DNA from: Bdellovibrionales bacterium | GTDB lineage: Bacteria > Bdellovibrionota > Bdellovibrionia > Bdellovibrionales > JAKFYE01 | Reading direction: 5' to 3' | Assembly (NCBI GenBank): GCA_965206675.1 | Contig: CBDBKL010000008.1 | Coordinates: 103,208-167,207, forward strand | DNA: 64,000 nucleotides | In this document: piece by piece, positions 8,658 through 19,304 of the stretch | How positions within the stretch are numbered: position 1 is the first letter of the stretch | Layout of the letters: every line of letters begins with the position of its first letter | Position numbers and translations under genes: made by a program | The notes under the pieces: generated by a model | Database searches by the model: none | What the model saw: only the letters and a program-made list of their open reading frames with translations | Told to the model about the DNA's origin: nothing

Positions 8658-9542
8658 ATGAAAAAACCACTGAACAAACCCTACATTAAACTGACTCAAG
8701 ATCTAATGTTTAAGGCCTACTTTATAAGAGACAAAAGTCTTCTTCGCTCTTTACTCAAAAGCTTTCTTCCACTTCCCTCAGATAAAGATATTGAAAAAAT
8801 TGATATCCTAAACCCCGAGATTCCTCCTGAAGCTAAAAAGAAAAAACAAATCATCTTAGATCTAAAACTGGAATTAAACACAGGTGAGAAAATCAACGTT
8901 GAAATGCAATCTGCCTACAAGAAAGGCTTTCTATCTAGAGTCCTGTTCTACTGGGCTAAACTCTACACCGACGGCTTTAAGCAAGGAGCAGAGTATGAAA
9001 CACTTCATCCCACCTACTCTTTGATCTTTACTGAATTTTCAGTGTTTAAAGAAACTAAAGACGTTGTCACTAGCTTTTCTTTACTCTCAGATAAAGAGCC
9101 ACATTTTTGTCTCAATAGGGATTTAAAGATAGTGTTTGTAGAACTTTCTAAGTTTAAAACAAGTCTAGAGGGTTTAATTGATTTAAGAGACCATTGGTGC
9201 TATATTATTAGGCATTCAAGTCAAATAAAAGAGAGTGAGTTAGAGCAGTTGGCTCAGAAAAACCAAGAGATGAGGAAAGCTATGGGACTTTTAAAGAATA
9301 TGTCGTTAGAAGATAAGTTGAGGTGGCAGGAAGAGGATCGTCTTAAAGCCATTAGTGATGAGAAAGCTGAAAAGGCTTGGGCCTATGATCAGGGATTAGA
9401 GAAAGGAATGGAGAAAGGTGAGCAAAAAAAACTTCAGCAAATCGTTTATAGAATGTTAAAAGAAAAAGCTGACCTTATTACAATTGAAAAATTCACGGGC
9501 CTATCTGAAGCTGAAATTAAAAAAATCCAAAAAAGAAAATAG
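8658..9542 (+). CDS. Rpn-family PD-(D/E)XK nuclease / putative transposase-like protein
   Basis: It has the N-terminal block DLMFKAYF...LLKSFLPLP and the nuclease core ILDLKLELNTGEKINVEMQ (D...ExQ). AAGGAGA lies 8 nt upstream of the ATG at 8658. A GTG at 8652 is an alternative start. Confidence 0.65.
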   Translation: MKKPLNKPYIKLTQDLMFKAYFIRDKSLLRSLLKSFLPLPSDKDIEKIDILNPEIPPEAKKKKQIILDLKLELNTGEKINVEMQSAYKKGFLSRVLFYWAKLYTDGFKQGAEYETLHPTYSLIFTEFSVFKETKDVVTSFSLLSDKEPHFCLNRDLKIVFVELSKFKTSLEGLIDLRDHWCYIIRHSSQIKESELEQLAQKNQEMRKAMGLLKNMSLEDKLRWQEEDRLKAISDEKAEKAWAYDQGLEKGMEKGEQKKLQQIVYRMLKEKADLITIEKFTGLSEAEIKKIQKRK

Positions 9543-9720
9543 GTGAAAATAGGTAAATTTGCCATAGTACGACAAATTGTTTTCATTTTATATGGGTTAT
9601 TGTTAAATAATTATTAGAAATAACTTCTGAGTTCGTCACAAAAAACTTAATTTTTAGGATGTAAAATCTGCGTTTCATATTTGACCGGACTCGATCTCTC
9701 CTGGTCTAAAAGTTGACATT

Positions 9721-11034
9721 TTACAGTCTTGTGGGATCCTCCATACCGTCTTCATCACTAATAGAAAGTTCTGAATCATCATCACGATCTTCAGGATATC
9801 GCATAAAGAGTTTTGCAAGGAACCTACTTAAAGATGGTGTCTCAGACACAATAATAAACAAAGCTGTCAAAACAATGGAAAAAGGAATGATGGCAAAAAT
9901 TGTATCTTGAATCCACAAACCCTGCTCCTCCATCATACCTCTCTGCAAAGGCAAAGTGGCTAAAACAGCGCACGCTAAACCTCGAGGTCCCATAGCTGTT
10001 ATTGCCATAGCATCTAAACGAGAAAACTTCGAAGGACGGAAGATAACTCTTACTGAAATATACCGAGTTACAAAAATCAAAAGCGAAATAATAACAGCTA
10101 TAACAACTTTATGAACACTTCCAAATTGAATTAACATTCCAAGGTAAATAAAAAACGTCGTCTTTAAAATAAAAACAATCTCCCCCAGAAGTTTCATCTC
10201 ACGATGATTAACAGCCTTTCGACTTAAAATAGAATCAAAAACTCTAGGAAATAAATCTAAATTCGCCAACGTAAAACCCAAGGCCAACACAGCCATAGCT
10301 CCATTAAATCCTAATAAATCCACAATCCCATAAACAAGAAAAGCAAAAGCCTCACCTGAAAAACGAAGATCTGTTAAAAATGAAAAACAACGCCTTAAAA
10401 AAGACCAAAGTAAACCACCCAGAACACCAAAAACCACAGCCTGAAGAGTTTTTGGCCCTACACCAATTAAAATATCATTAAAATCAAATTGGCCGGAAAG
10501 TGAAGAATCTAAAATCACTAAAAAAAGCACAATCGCTAAAATATCTGTAAAAGCAGACTCAAGTGATAAGATCGTCTTGGTTTTTTCTGTAATACTTAAG
10601 TGCTTCACCATAGGAATCACAACGGCACTTGATGTGCTCCCCACCCCCAAACCTACAAGAAGAGCCACAGACCAAGGCTGACCCCCAAAAACCTTAACGG
10701 CCATCGTTGCCAAGAAAATAATTAACCCTGCACCTAAAATCGAAATAGCTAAAGCCGGAAGACTGGAAGTTAAAAGATCCTTCGTTCTTAAACTCAATCC
10801 CCCTTCATAGAGAATAACAATTAACGCCATTGTGGAGAGAAAAGGACCAAACTGACCTAGATCATTAGAGTGAAGCACCCCTGTCATTGGACCTAAAACG
10901 TAACCAATCGCTACCAAAATAAGAAGATCAGGAACCTTTGTCTTAATAAAAAACCACTTTAAAGCATGGCCCAGAAAGAAAAGGACAGCTAAACCGATAA
11001 CAGCAACCGCCATATATCCCCCCCCTCTACTCAA
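9721..11034 (-). CDS. cation:proton antiporter (Na+/H+ exchanger family)
   Basis: 437 aa, strongly hydrophobic multi-TM protein with an acidic cytoplasmic tail. It lies 9 nt downstream of speA on the same strand. Confidence 0.7.
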   Translation of the reverse strand: MSRGGGYMAVAVIGLAVLFFLGHALKWFFIKTKVPDLLILVAIGYVLGPMTGVLHSNDLGQFGPFLSTMALIVILYEGGLSLRTKDLLTSSLPALAISILGAGLIIFLATMAVKVFGGQPWSVALLVGLGVGSTSSAVVIPMVKHLSITEKTKTILSLESAFTDILAIVLFLVILDSSLSGQFDFNDILIGVGPKTLQAVVFGVLGGLLWSFLRRCFSFLTDLRFSGEAFAFLVYGIVDLLGFNGAMAVLALGFTLANLDLFPRVFDSILSRKAVNHREMKLLGEIVFILKTTFFIYLGMLIQFGSVHKVVIAVIISLLIFVTRYISVRVIFRPSKFSRLDAMAITAMGPRGLACAVLATLPLQRGMMEEQGLWIQDTIFAIIPFSIVLTALFIIVSETPSLSRFLAKLFMRYPEDRDDDSELSISDEDGMEDPTRL

Positions 11035-11043
11035 ATTCTAAGA

Positions 11044-13002
11044 TTATTTTCTTTGATCTTCAAGATAAGTGTATCCAGCAAGCCCTTCTTCATAGTTTTT
11101 AAGAAGTAATCTTGCCTCATTCTTTTTTAAGATACCCTTTTGAATGGCCTGCTCAATACGCTCTCGAATATGATCTATCATTGAACCCCTATCATAAGCG
11201 ACGTAACTGAGAACTTCTGCCACTGTATCGCCCTCTTCCACATATTTAATGGCATATCCAGACGAATGAATTTCAACAACAACAGCATCCGTATCTCCAA
11301 ACAAATTGTGCAAATCACCCAAAGCCTCCTGATAAGCTCCTAAAAGAAAAACACCTATATAATAGGGCTCTTCCCTATTAAAAGAATGAATCGCAATATT
11401 GTTTGTAATCTCTCCCCACTGAGAGAATTTATCCAACCTCCCATCAGAATCACAGGTTAAATCGACAAGAACCGCTCTGTGATTGGGCATCTCCGTCAAT
11501 CTCTGTATAGGCATAATAGGAAACACCTGTTTGACAGCCCAGGCATCAGGCATAGATTGGAAAACAGAAAAGTTACAAAAAATCGTATCCGATAGCTCAT
11601 GTTCTAAATGATCTAACAATTCTTCAGTCGAATAATCTAAGGCTTCACTATTCTTCTGAAGAATATCACGCATCTTTGTAAGCCCGTACCATACCAATTC
11701 TTCAGCCTTTGCACGCTGAACTAAGGAAAAATATCCGTAAGAAAACAACTGAAGAATATCGTTCTTTAACTGAATAAGGTCATGATATGATTCGTGAATG
11801 TTTTCAATAACGATGTTCTGTGAAATATCATACAACTCCCTAATAATTCGATGTTCACTTTTCTCAGGTAACTCCGGATGAGGAAATCGAGAGACTTCAT
11901 TTTTTCCTAATGCATTAAAGATAAGGACCGAGTGATGTGCCACAAGTGACCTGCCTGATTCCGTAATAATAGTTGGATGAGGCACTCCTTTTTCTGTACA
12001 AATCACTTGTATGGTAAAGACCACATCATTGGCATACTCTTGCTCAGAATAATTTATAGAATTATCGCTCCCCTTGGTTCCATCATAATCAACACCCAAA
12101 CCTCCGCCCACATCAATATACTTAATGTTTGCACCCATTTTACAAACTTCAGTAAAAATCCGCGTCCCCTCTTTAAGAGAGGATTTTATGGATTGAATGG
12201 CATTAATTTGAGAACCAATATGAAAATGACAAAGCTCTAAAGCCTCTAACATCTTATTCTCTTTTAATATTTCAATGCCAGAAACAACTTCCTTTGGAGT
12301 CAGTCCAAATTTTGAACGAGCCCCCGATGAATCCACCCATTTTCCAGATCCCTTAGCATTTAACTTAAAACGAAAACCAATACTGGGAGTGATTCCCATT
12401 TCTTTTGCTTTCTCAATAATCATCCGAAGTTCTATAAAACGATCAATAACAACAATAATATTGTGACCCAACTTTTTAGCCAAAAGAGTTGTTTCAATAT
12501 ATTTCTCATCTTTAAAACCATTGCATATAATGAGAGCATCAGGGTCATTGGCTAAGGACAGGGCAACAAGTAACTCTGGCTTACTGCCACACTCTAACCC
12601 TATCCTTGCTACATTTTTCTGATTAATAATATTTTTCAGTAAATGCTTTTGTTGGTTAACCTTAACTGGATATACACCTTGGTAGCTTCCTTTATATTCA
12701 TACTCTTTGATAGCTCGTTCAAAACACTCTTTGAGTAAATTGATACGCGCTCTAACAATGTCAGGGAAACGAATCAAAATAGGAGATCGAATACCTCGAT
12801 CCTCTAAGTCTTCAACAAGCTCTCTTAAATCAACCGAAGATCCCTTCTGACCAAAGGGTGTTACATCAATGGTTCCCTTCTTGTTCACCCGAAAATAACT
12901 ATGCCCCCAGGAGTTGATCCCGTACAGCTCTTCGGTGTCTTGAGTGGTCCACTCTTGCGAGGAAATATTTCTTTTCTGGGGGGACTTCTCTAGTTCGTTC
13001 AT
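11044..13002 (-). CDS. speA: biosynthetic arginine decarboxylase
   Basis: 652 aa with PLP-lysine context VYPVKVNQQ. Length and the conserved blocks (GLECGSKPEL, HFHIGSQ, DVGGGLGVDY) are typical of SpeA. Confidence 0.9.
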   Translation of the reverse strand: MNELEKSPQKRNISSQEWTTQDTEELYGINSWGHSYFRVNKKGTIDVTPFGQKGSSVDLRELVEDLEDRGIRSPILIRFPDIVRARINLLKECFERAIKEYEYKGSYQGVYPVKVNQQKHLLKNIINQKNVARIGLECGSKPELLVALSLANDPDALIICNGFKDEKYIETTLLAKKLGHNIIVVIDRFIELRMIIEKAKEMGITPSIGFRFKLNAKGSGKWVDSSGARSKFGLTPKEVVSGIEILKENKMLEALELCHFHIGSQINAIQSIKSSLKEGTRIFTEVCKMGANIKYIDVGGGLGVDYDGTKGSDNSINYSEQEYANDVVFTIQVICTEKGVPHPTIITESGRSLVAHHSVLIFNALGKNEVSRFPHPELPEKSEHRIIRELYDISQNIVIENIHESYHDLIQLKNDILQLFSYGYFSLVQRAKAEELVWYGLTKMRDILQKNSEALDYSTEELLDHLEHELSDTIFCNFSVFQSMPDAWAVKQVFPIMPIQRLTEMPNHRAVLVDLTCDSDGRLDKFSQWGEITNNIAIHSFNREEPYYIGVFLLGAYQEALGDLHNLFGDTDAVVVEIHSSGYAIKYVEEGDTVAEVLSYVAYDRGSMIDHIRERIEQAIQKGILKKNEARLLLKNYEEGLAGYTYLEDQRK

Positions 13003-13041
13003 GAATTTTTATATGACACAAATTATAGTCAGTTCCAAAGG

Positions 13042-15426
13042 TTATTTAACAAGAATGCTAAAAACTTTTCCTGGCTTGTAGATTGTTTTAAAAATGCTCT
13101 TCTGATCTATAGCTTGTTGTACTCGCTTCAGCTCTTTAGCCGCTTGAAGTACAAAGTCTTCAGAGGCATCAACAGGAATATTTAATGTCCCTCGCATTTT
13201 TCCATTGACTTGCACAGCAAGAGTGACCTTTTCCTCCTTAACAAGAGCGGAGTCATACTCAGGCCATGGCGCAAGAGAAACCAACCCCTCACCGCCCAAA
13301 CCTTCCCATAGCTCTTCAGCTAAATGAGGAGCAAAAGGCATTAACAATTGGGTCAAAATCATCAATGTTTTTCTTGGCCTTTCATTGGCCTTGTAAAGAG
13401 CATTGGTGAAGATCATCATCTGACTAATAGCCGTGTTAAAATCAAATGTTTCAATGTCCGAAGAGACTTTTTGGATCGTTTTATGTAAAAGTTTTTGAGT
13501 CTCCAAGGAGGGCTCTTTATCTTGCACCCCTCCCAAACCCTCATCAAAACACAATCTCCACACACGATCTAAGAACCTTTTGACACCCTCTATGCCTGAG
13601 TCCTGCCAAGGTTTATCTTTTTCAAGAGGCCCCATAAACATTTCATAAACTCTTAAAGCATCAGCACCATATTTTTGTACAATATCATCAGGGTTAATAA
13701 TATTCCCCCTTGATTTTGACATCTTTTCATTATCTTTACCCAAAATCATGCCCTGATGAACGAGCTTCTGAAAAGGCTCATCATGAGAAACCAAGCCCGC
13801 ATCAAAAAGCACTTTTTGCCAAAAGCGCGAATACAAAAGATGTCCAACTGTGTGCTCTGGACCGCCAATGTAGAGGTCAACAGGCATCCAATACTGTTGA
13901 GCAGAAAAACTAACAGGCTCTTTATCATTATGAGGGTCGGTGTATCTTAAAAAATACCAAGATGATCCGGCCGAACCCGGCATGGTATCTGTTTCTCGCA
14001 CGCCTTCACCATCAGGAGCATTAAGCCACTCTTTATTTCTTGCCAGTGGACTCTCCCCTCTATCGGAAGGCTCAAAGTCTTTCACTTCAGGAAGCAAAAC
14101 AGGAAGCTCTTGAGAATCAACTAACTTTATATCCCCATTGGGATAATGTACAATAGGGAAAGGCTCTCCCCAATACCGTTGCCGACTGAAAAGCCAATCC
14201 CTTAATTTGTAATGAATCTCTCGTTTTCCCAAATCTTTACCTTCAAGATACTCAATCGCTTTTAAAAGAGCTTCCGAAGATGAAAGTCCATTTAAAAACT
14301 CAGAATTTACCATCACCCCTTCATTAATAAAGGGAAGCTCTCCCCCCTCTATGACTCTTTGAATGGGAATATTAAATTTACTGGCAAATTCAAAGTCACG
14401 TTCATCATGAGCGGGTACAGCCATAATAGCACCTGTCCCGTAACCCATTAAAACGTAGTCCGCTACCCAGATGGGAAGTTTTTTTTCATTCATAGGGTTA
14501 ATAGCATAGGCCCCAATAAAAACACCGGTCTTTTCCGTGAGCATTTGCCTATCTCTTTCGCTTTTAGCTTTTGCTGTACGAACATAAGAGTCCACTTCAC
14601 TTTCTTGTTCCCTCGTTTTTAGTTGATCCAATAAAGGATGTTCAGGGGCAACAACCATAAATGTGGCACCAAATAGAGTATCCGGTCTTGTCGTAAACAC
14701 AGATAAATGTTCATTAAGTCCAACTATGGGAAAATAAACGGACGCTCCCTCACTTTTGCCAATCCAATTCTTTTGAGCCTCTTTTGTTCTTGTTGGCCAA
14801 TCAATTTTATCTAAACCCTCTATAAGCCTTTCCGCATAAGATGTGATCTTTAACATCCACTGCTTCATAAAAACACGCTCAACAGGATGCCCTCCCCTTT
14901 CACTCTTTCCATCCACAACTTCTTCATTCGCCAAAACTGTTTTTAAAGCGGGGCACCAATTGACAGGAGCCTCTTTTTGATACGCCAATCCCTTTTCATA
15001 AAGTTTTTCAAATATAAATTGCGTCCATTTATAAAAACTTGGATCACATGTGCTAATCTCTCGACTCCAATCAAAACTAAAACCTAATGCTTTCAATTGT
15101 TTTTTAAAATTAGAAATAGATTGTGCCGTGGTGATCTCTGGGTGAATACCCGTTTGAATAGCATACTGCTCTGCTGGTAAACCAAAGGCATCCCAACCCA
15201 TGGGGTGTAAAACATTAAACCCCTTACAACGCTTATATCTAGAAATAATATCTGTAGCTGTATATCCCTCCGGATGACCCACATGAAGTCCCTGAGAGGA
15301 GGGGTAAGGGAACATATCTAAGACATAGTATTTGGGAAGATCTTTTTTTATTTCAACCTTAAAGACTTCCTTCTCATCCCAAACCTTTTGCCATTTTGTT
15401 TCGATTTCCAAATGCGAATACTTCAT
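13042..15426 (-). CDS. leuS: leucine--tRNA ligase
   Basis: 794 aa with a HIGH-type motif HVGHPEGY and a KMSKS motif (EKMSKSRGN). The N-terminus MKYSHLEIETKWQKVWDEK is typical of LeuS. Confidence 0.95.
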   Translation of the reverse strand: MKYSHLEIETKWQKVWDEKEVFKVEIKKDLPKYYVLDMFPYPSSQGLHVGHPEGYTATDIISRYKRCKGFNVLHPMGWDAFGLPAEQYAIQTGIHPEITTAQSISNFKKQLKALGFSFDWSREISTCDPSFYKWTQFIFEKLYEKGLAYQKEAPVNWCPALKTVLANEEVVDGKSERGGHPVERVFMKQWMLKITSYAERLIEGLDKIDWPTRTKEAQKNWIGKSEGASVYFPIVGLNEHLSVFTTRPDTLFGATFMVVAPEHPLLDQLKTREQESEVDSYVRTAKAKSERDRQMLTEKTGVFIGAYAINPMNEKKLPIWVADYVLMGYGTGAIMAVPAHDERDFEFASKFNIPIQRVIEGGELPFINEGVMVNSEFLNGLSSSEALLKAIEYLEGKDLGKREIHYKLRDWLFSRQRYWGEPFPIVHYPNGDIKLVDSQELPVLLPEVKDFEPSDRGESPLARNKEWLNAPDGEGVRETDTMPGSAGSSWYFLRYTDPHNDKEPVSFSAQQYWMPVDLYIGGPEHTVGHLLYSRFWQKVLFDAGLVSHDEPFQKLVHQGMILGKDNEKMSKSRGNIINPDDIVQKYGADALRVYEMFMGPLEKDKPWQDSGIEGVKRFLDRVWRLCFDEGLGGVQDKEPSLETQKLLHKTIQKVSSDIETFDFNTAISQMMIFTNALYKANERPRKTLMILTQLLMPFAPHLAEELWEGLGGEGLVSLAPWPEYDSALVKEEKVTLAVQVNGKMRGTLNIPVDASEDFVLQAAKELKRVQQAIDQKSIFKTIYKPGKVFSILVK

Positions 15427-15668
15427 GATATCAACCCTAACAGATTTTTTTCTCTCTCAAAACCATTCCCTTTAAAAAAGGATTTATAACAACTTTTCCC
15501 AAAGTCAACTCACTAGTTGGTCATCAATATTTTAAGATCCCTGTGCACTCATAACTCCTTTCAACATTAACATTGACTCCCAATAGGCTCTATATATACT
15601 CAAGATATCTAGACTGGTTTGAGATTATCTGTAGAATTGTTTAAGGCCTATAAAAAAGGGGAATTTTT

Positions 15669-16415
15669 ATGACACTCACCAAAAGTATTTTCTATATGAC
15701 CTTGTACGCAACCTTCTTTTCCTTTTTCCAAATAGCCTACGCTCATATATCAAACACTGAAACCCTAGAGGAAAACTACGTTAGAAGTATCGAGGCTCCC
15801 GCTGAAAAAGCCATGGTAGAAACATGGGAAAATCTTACCCTAGAATTAAAGAGAAAAGAGAAGTTCCTCTTTAAAGCCGCAGAAGAGAACGACGTCCTAA
15901 GCATAGAAACCCTTTTAAATGAAGGTGTTGATGTAGAAGCAAGAGACAGTAAAGGCAGGACAGCTTTACATATAGCTGCACAATCGAACAGCTCGGGGGC
16001 TATAGAAGCTCTTGAGAAAGCCGGGGCTGATTTAGAGGCCAGATATTTTGGAATGACACCTCTATTTTATTCTTCAGAAAGAGGCCATAAAGAAGCAACA
16101 AAGACTCTATTAAGATTGGGAGCCGATGTACATGCAAAATCTAGAAATCTTTCACCCGGAAGGACAGTTATGCATGGTGCTGCTCTGGATAGTAACTCTG
16201 AAATAATAAGAATTCTTTTAGAGGCAGGTGCTAATCTAGAAGCTCGAAATGATGACGGGGACACACCTTTAATCTATGTTGCAAGAAATGGGATGGGTCA
16301 GTATGAAATGATAAGAATCCTCATTAACTTCGGGGCTAACATAGAGGCAAGAAACAATGTTGGAAAGACAGCTCAAGATTATATTCTCACAAGCCTTAAA
16401 CTTGATGAAGAATAA
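15669..16415 (+). CDS. secreted ankyrin-repeat protein
   Basis: 248 aa with a hydrophobic leader ending AYA and at least 5 ANK units (GRTALHIAA...GADLEAR etc.). Confidence 0.85.
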   Translation: MTLTKSIFYMTLYATFFSFFQIAYAHISNTETLEENYVRSIEAPAEKAMVETWENLTLELKRKEKFLFKAAEENDVLSIETLLNEGVDVEARDSKGRTALHIAAQSNSSGAIEALEKAGADLEARYFGMTPLFYSSERGHKEATKTLLRLGADVHAKSRNLSPGRTVMHGAALDSNSEIIRILLEAGANLEARNDDGDTPLIYVARNGMGQYEMIRILINFGANIEARNNVGKTAQDYILTSLKLDEE

Positions 16416-16500
16416 AATCCATCAAATGACATAGAGAATACATTCACACTTTAAATTCCTTTAGCATCTGTGAGTAACGCCTACTTTAAGGCAAAATATA

Positions 16501-17319
16501 TTAATTATTTCGGGAAAAAACTCCGGAAAAAATAAAAAGTAGCAATGCAATACTAGAAATTGAAGCACTCACTGGCAGTGAATAATAACCTCCTACCAAA
16601 GATCCCAGAGAAACGAGTAAAATTCCCAACAAAGGAGATATCACAAGAAAAGACCGCGCAGATTGACTGAAACTATAAGCCAAAAGTGGTGGAGCGACAA
16701 ATAAAGATGTCACAAGCACCACTCCCATAATTTTAAGACAAATCACAACAGATAAGGCCGTTAAAATTAAAAAAATTAATTTATGCCTATCCGTTTGAAC
16801 ACCCTCTACTCGAGCCATATCTTCATTAAAAATAATCAATAAAAGTTTTTTTCGACATGTAAAAAGATAAATTACTGTTGTTATAGTTATCATTAAAAAG
16901 AGATAAAAATCGTGAAGTTTTAAATCTTTTACATTACCAAAGAGAAGATGAAGAAGATCTTTTGACCCCTCTCCCGTTATATGAAGAATAACCAATCCCA
17001 ATCCCATAAACCCTGAAAAGAGCATGGCTAAAATACCGTCAGTATCAAAGCTTTCTAATTTTTGAAAATGATAAATAAGAATAGCCAGTATAATAGAAAA
17101 TGGAACAAGTAGGGTCACTGGAGCAAGACCTGCTAAAAGAGCTAAGGCTGCAATAAAAAGCGAGGCATGAGCTACAGTATCTGTCATTAAACCCAATCTG
17201 TTCCATATAATATAAGGGCCTATAGCCCCTCCCAAGATACCCGCAATGAATAATGAGGCAGGCCATACCCAGTATGTTGCAAAATCAAGTGTGTGAACAT
17301 GCTCAGTGAGAGTGTTCAT
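16501..17319 (-). CDS. znuB: metal (Zn/Mn-type) ABC transporter permease
   Basis: The ORF is open to 17457, but the Met at 17319 (MNTLTEHVH...) gives a 272-aa multi-TM ABC-3 type permease. That start overlaps the upstream ATPase gene by 17 nt. Confidence 0.65.
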   Translation of the reverse strand: MNTLTEHVHTLDFATYWVWPASLFIAGILGGAIGPYIIWNRLGLMTDTVAHASLFIAALALLAGLAPVTLLVPFSIILAILIYHFQKLESFDTDGILAMLFSGFMGLGLVILHITGEGSKDLLHLLFGNVKDLKLHDFYLFLMITITTVIYLFTCRKKLLLIIFNEDMARVEGVQTDRHKLIFLILTALSVVICLKIMGVVLVTSLFVAPPLLAYSFSQSARSFLVISPLLGILLVSLGSLVGGYYSLPVSASISSIALLLFIFSGVFSRNN

Positions 17320-17989
17320 GAATGAAACTTTCCTTTCCATATATTTTGTGAAGACAAGAATGAAAATTTTCATCCTTAGGCGAACCATCAAAAAGCAATT
17401 CACCATGACCCAAACACACAGCTCGAGAAGCTTTCTTTGTAACTGCTGAAATATCATGCGTGATCACAACAGATGTCATCGCATTTTTAGCTCTTAGAGA
17501 GGATAACAGTTCGAAAAGTTGAACCTGCCCTGAGGAGTCTAATCCATCTGTCACTTCATCCAAAACTAAAAGATCAGGGGAAGATAGCAAAGCAAATGCT
17601 AAATAGATTTTTTGCATCCATCCAGGGGAAAGATCTTTAAGCCTCTTATCTTGAATGACATCATCAATTGACAAACTTTGTAGCACAGATGCCACATCTG
17701 ATGGGCTGGATTTCAAAGTTAAAAATTCTTTTACGCTAATGGGAAATGTTTTACTGGGTATTAAATTTTGAGGTACATACCCCATACGCACACCCTTTTT
17801 TACAGAAAGAGTCCCCGATCGTACCTTCATTAAATCTAAAATACACCTTGCAAGCGTTGACTTTCCCGAACCATTGGGACCAATAACAAAGAGAAACTCA
17901 CCCTTTTCAATAGAAAAATTAAGATTTTTAAAAAGAGTTTGAGATCCTCTTTGTACTTCAACGGACTTGAACTCAACCAGTGTATTCAT
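17303..17989 (-). CDS. znuC: metal ABC transporter ATP-binding protein
   Basis: 228 aa with Walker A GPNGSGKST, signature LSPGWMQK and Walker B LLVLDEV. It has a His-rich C-terminus (FHSCLHKIYGKESFIHEHSH). Confidence 0.65.
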   Translation of the reverse strand: MNTLVEFKSVEVQRGSQTLFKNLNFSIEKGEFLFVIGPNGSGKSTLARCILDLMKVRSGTLSVKKGVRMGYVPQNLIPSKTFPISVKEFLTLKSSPSDVASVLQSLSIDDVIQDKRLKDLSPGWMQKIYLAFALLSSPDLLVLDEVTDGLDSSGQVQLFELLSSLRAKNAMTSVVITHDISAVTKKASRAVCLGHGELLFDGSPKDENFHSCLHKIYGKESFIHEHSH

Positions 17990-18093
17990 CCCAACTCTTA
18001 TCTAGTATCTTTACGATATCGTCAAGTTGAACCACAAAGAAAACAGCAAGACTATTGAGTGGAAATTTTTACGCTATTGTGTAAAGCGGACAC

Positions 18094-19023
18094 CTATCTC
18101 ATACGAAAGTGGCGCGCACGAAAGAAAGAAGAGACAAGTCGATAACTTCCCTTCGGGATTTTAATACGATGACCCCTTATATGGGGAGGGATATAGCTCA
18201 CTTTTAATTCTGGGTTCAAGTTGGAAAGTGCTGTATGAGTAACACCTATATAATCTGCCAGAGATTTTAAATCCGTCCCCCCAGGAACAACAAAATGCTC
18301 AATCTCTAGAGGGCGTTGATAGTTAATTTTTCTAAATCCATAGAGATAGGGAGCCTTGGCTATCAGTGCTGCGGCAATCCACTGAGGAACATAGTTTTGT
18401 GTTTCCTTGTAAAGTGCATTATTTTTACTCAAAGTCCAAAAATTCTTTGTCTTATGTTTTTTGATCATTCTTTTAACAAGGTTCTCTCCAGAATTGTATC
18501 CGGCAGCAACCAAATACCAAGAACCAAACAATTTATAAAGATCCTTAAGATACCTGGCTGCAGCTTTTGTACTTTTGTCGAAATCGCGTCTTTCATCAAG
18601 CCACCAATTAACTTTAAGTCCATATCTCTCCGCCGTAGGCTTTATAAACTGCCAGGGACCTACGGCAGACGCTACACTTACTGCCTTTGGGGAAAAACCA
18701 CTTTCAATCATAGATAGATAAACCAGGTCTTTGGGAAGTTTCTCTCTCTCCAAAATGGATGTGATATGAGGTATATGCTTTGATGATCTTTGTAGCCATA
18801 TTTTAAATCTTTCATTTCCTTCTGTCTGAAAATAACGCATCCATTTTCGTACATATTTATTGTAGGCAATAGGTATATCAAAAACGACTAGTGAGTTATC
18901 ATTGTAAGACAAACGAAATGGTGATGTGTTAAACCCCTGCTTTTCAAAACGATAGCTCTCTATTGAGGCAAAAGTTTTTAAAGAAATAAAAAGTAATAAA
19001 ATTGACAAGAAGAATGTTCTCAT
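18094..19023 (-). CDS. lytic transglycosylase, MltD-like (SLT domain plus LysM)
   Basis: 309 aa with a signal peptide. The SLT catalytic block is LSMIESGFSPKAVSVASAVGPWQF, and a C-terminal LysM-like segment reads DLKSLADYIGVTHTALSNLNPEL...IKIP. Confidence 0.75.
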   Translation of the reverse strand: MRTFFLSILLLFISLKTFASIESYRFEKQGFNTSPFRLSYNDNSLVVFDIPIAYNKYVRKWMRYFQTEGNERFKIWLQRSSKHIPHITSILEREKLPKDLVYLSMIESGFSPKAVSVASAVGPWQFIKPTAERYGLKVNWWLDERRDFDKSTKAAARYLKDLYKLFGSWYLVAAGYNSGENLVKRMIKKHKTKNFWTLSKNNALYKETQNYVPQWIAAALIAKAPYLYGFRKINYQRPLEIEHFVVPGGTDLKSLADYIGVTHTALSNLNPELKVSYIPPHIRGHRIKIPKGSYRLVSSFFRARHFRMR

Positions 19024-19263
19024 GGTTCCATTATTTATTAGTTTCCAATGATTAGGAAATCATTTTTAGCAATGACTTCATTTTAATTTGCGAAACCTCT
19101 CTAAGACAAAAGTCTAGAGAGAGTAACTTTAACAAAGCGGGGGATTACTTTTTATAAGAAGTCAAACAGCAATACCAAAGAAGATAAAAACTTGAATGTG
19201 TTGCTGACAGAACTTTAATTTTTATAAAATCAAATTAACTCAATACAAGGATGTATTGAGTGG

Positions 19264-19304
19264 GGGGAGGCAGATGCCTACGGAAGGGCGGCTCCCCATT
19301 TTTT
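19264..19304 (+). terminator. orphan intrinsic-terminator-like hairpin in a divergent intergenic region
   Basis: GGGGAG (19264..19269) pairs with CTCCCC (19292..19297), with an inner GCC/GGC pairing, and is followed by six Ts. No + strand gene lies upstream. Confidence 0.35.
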
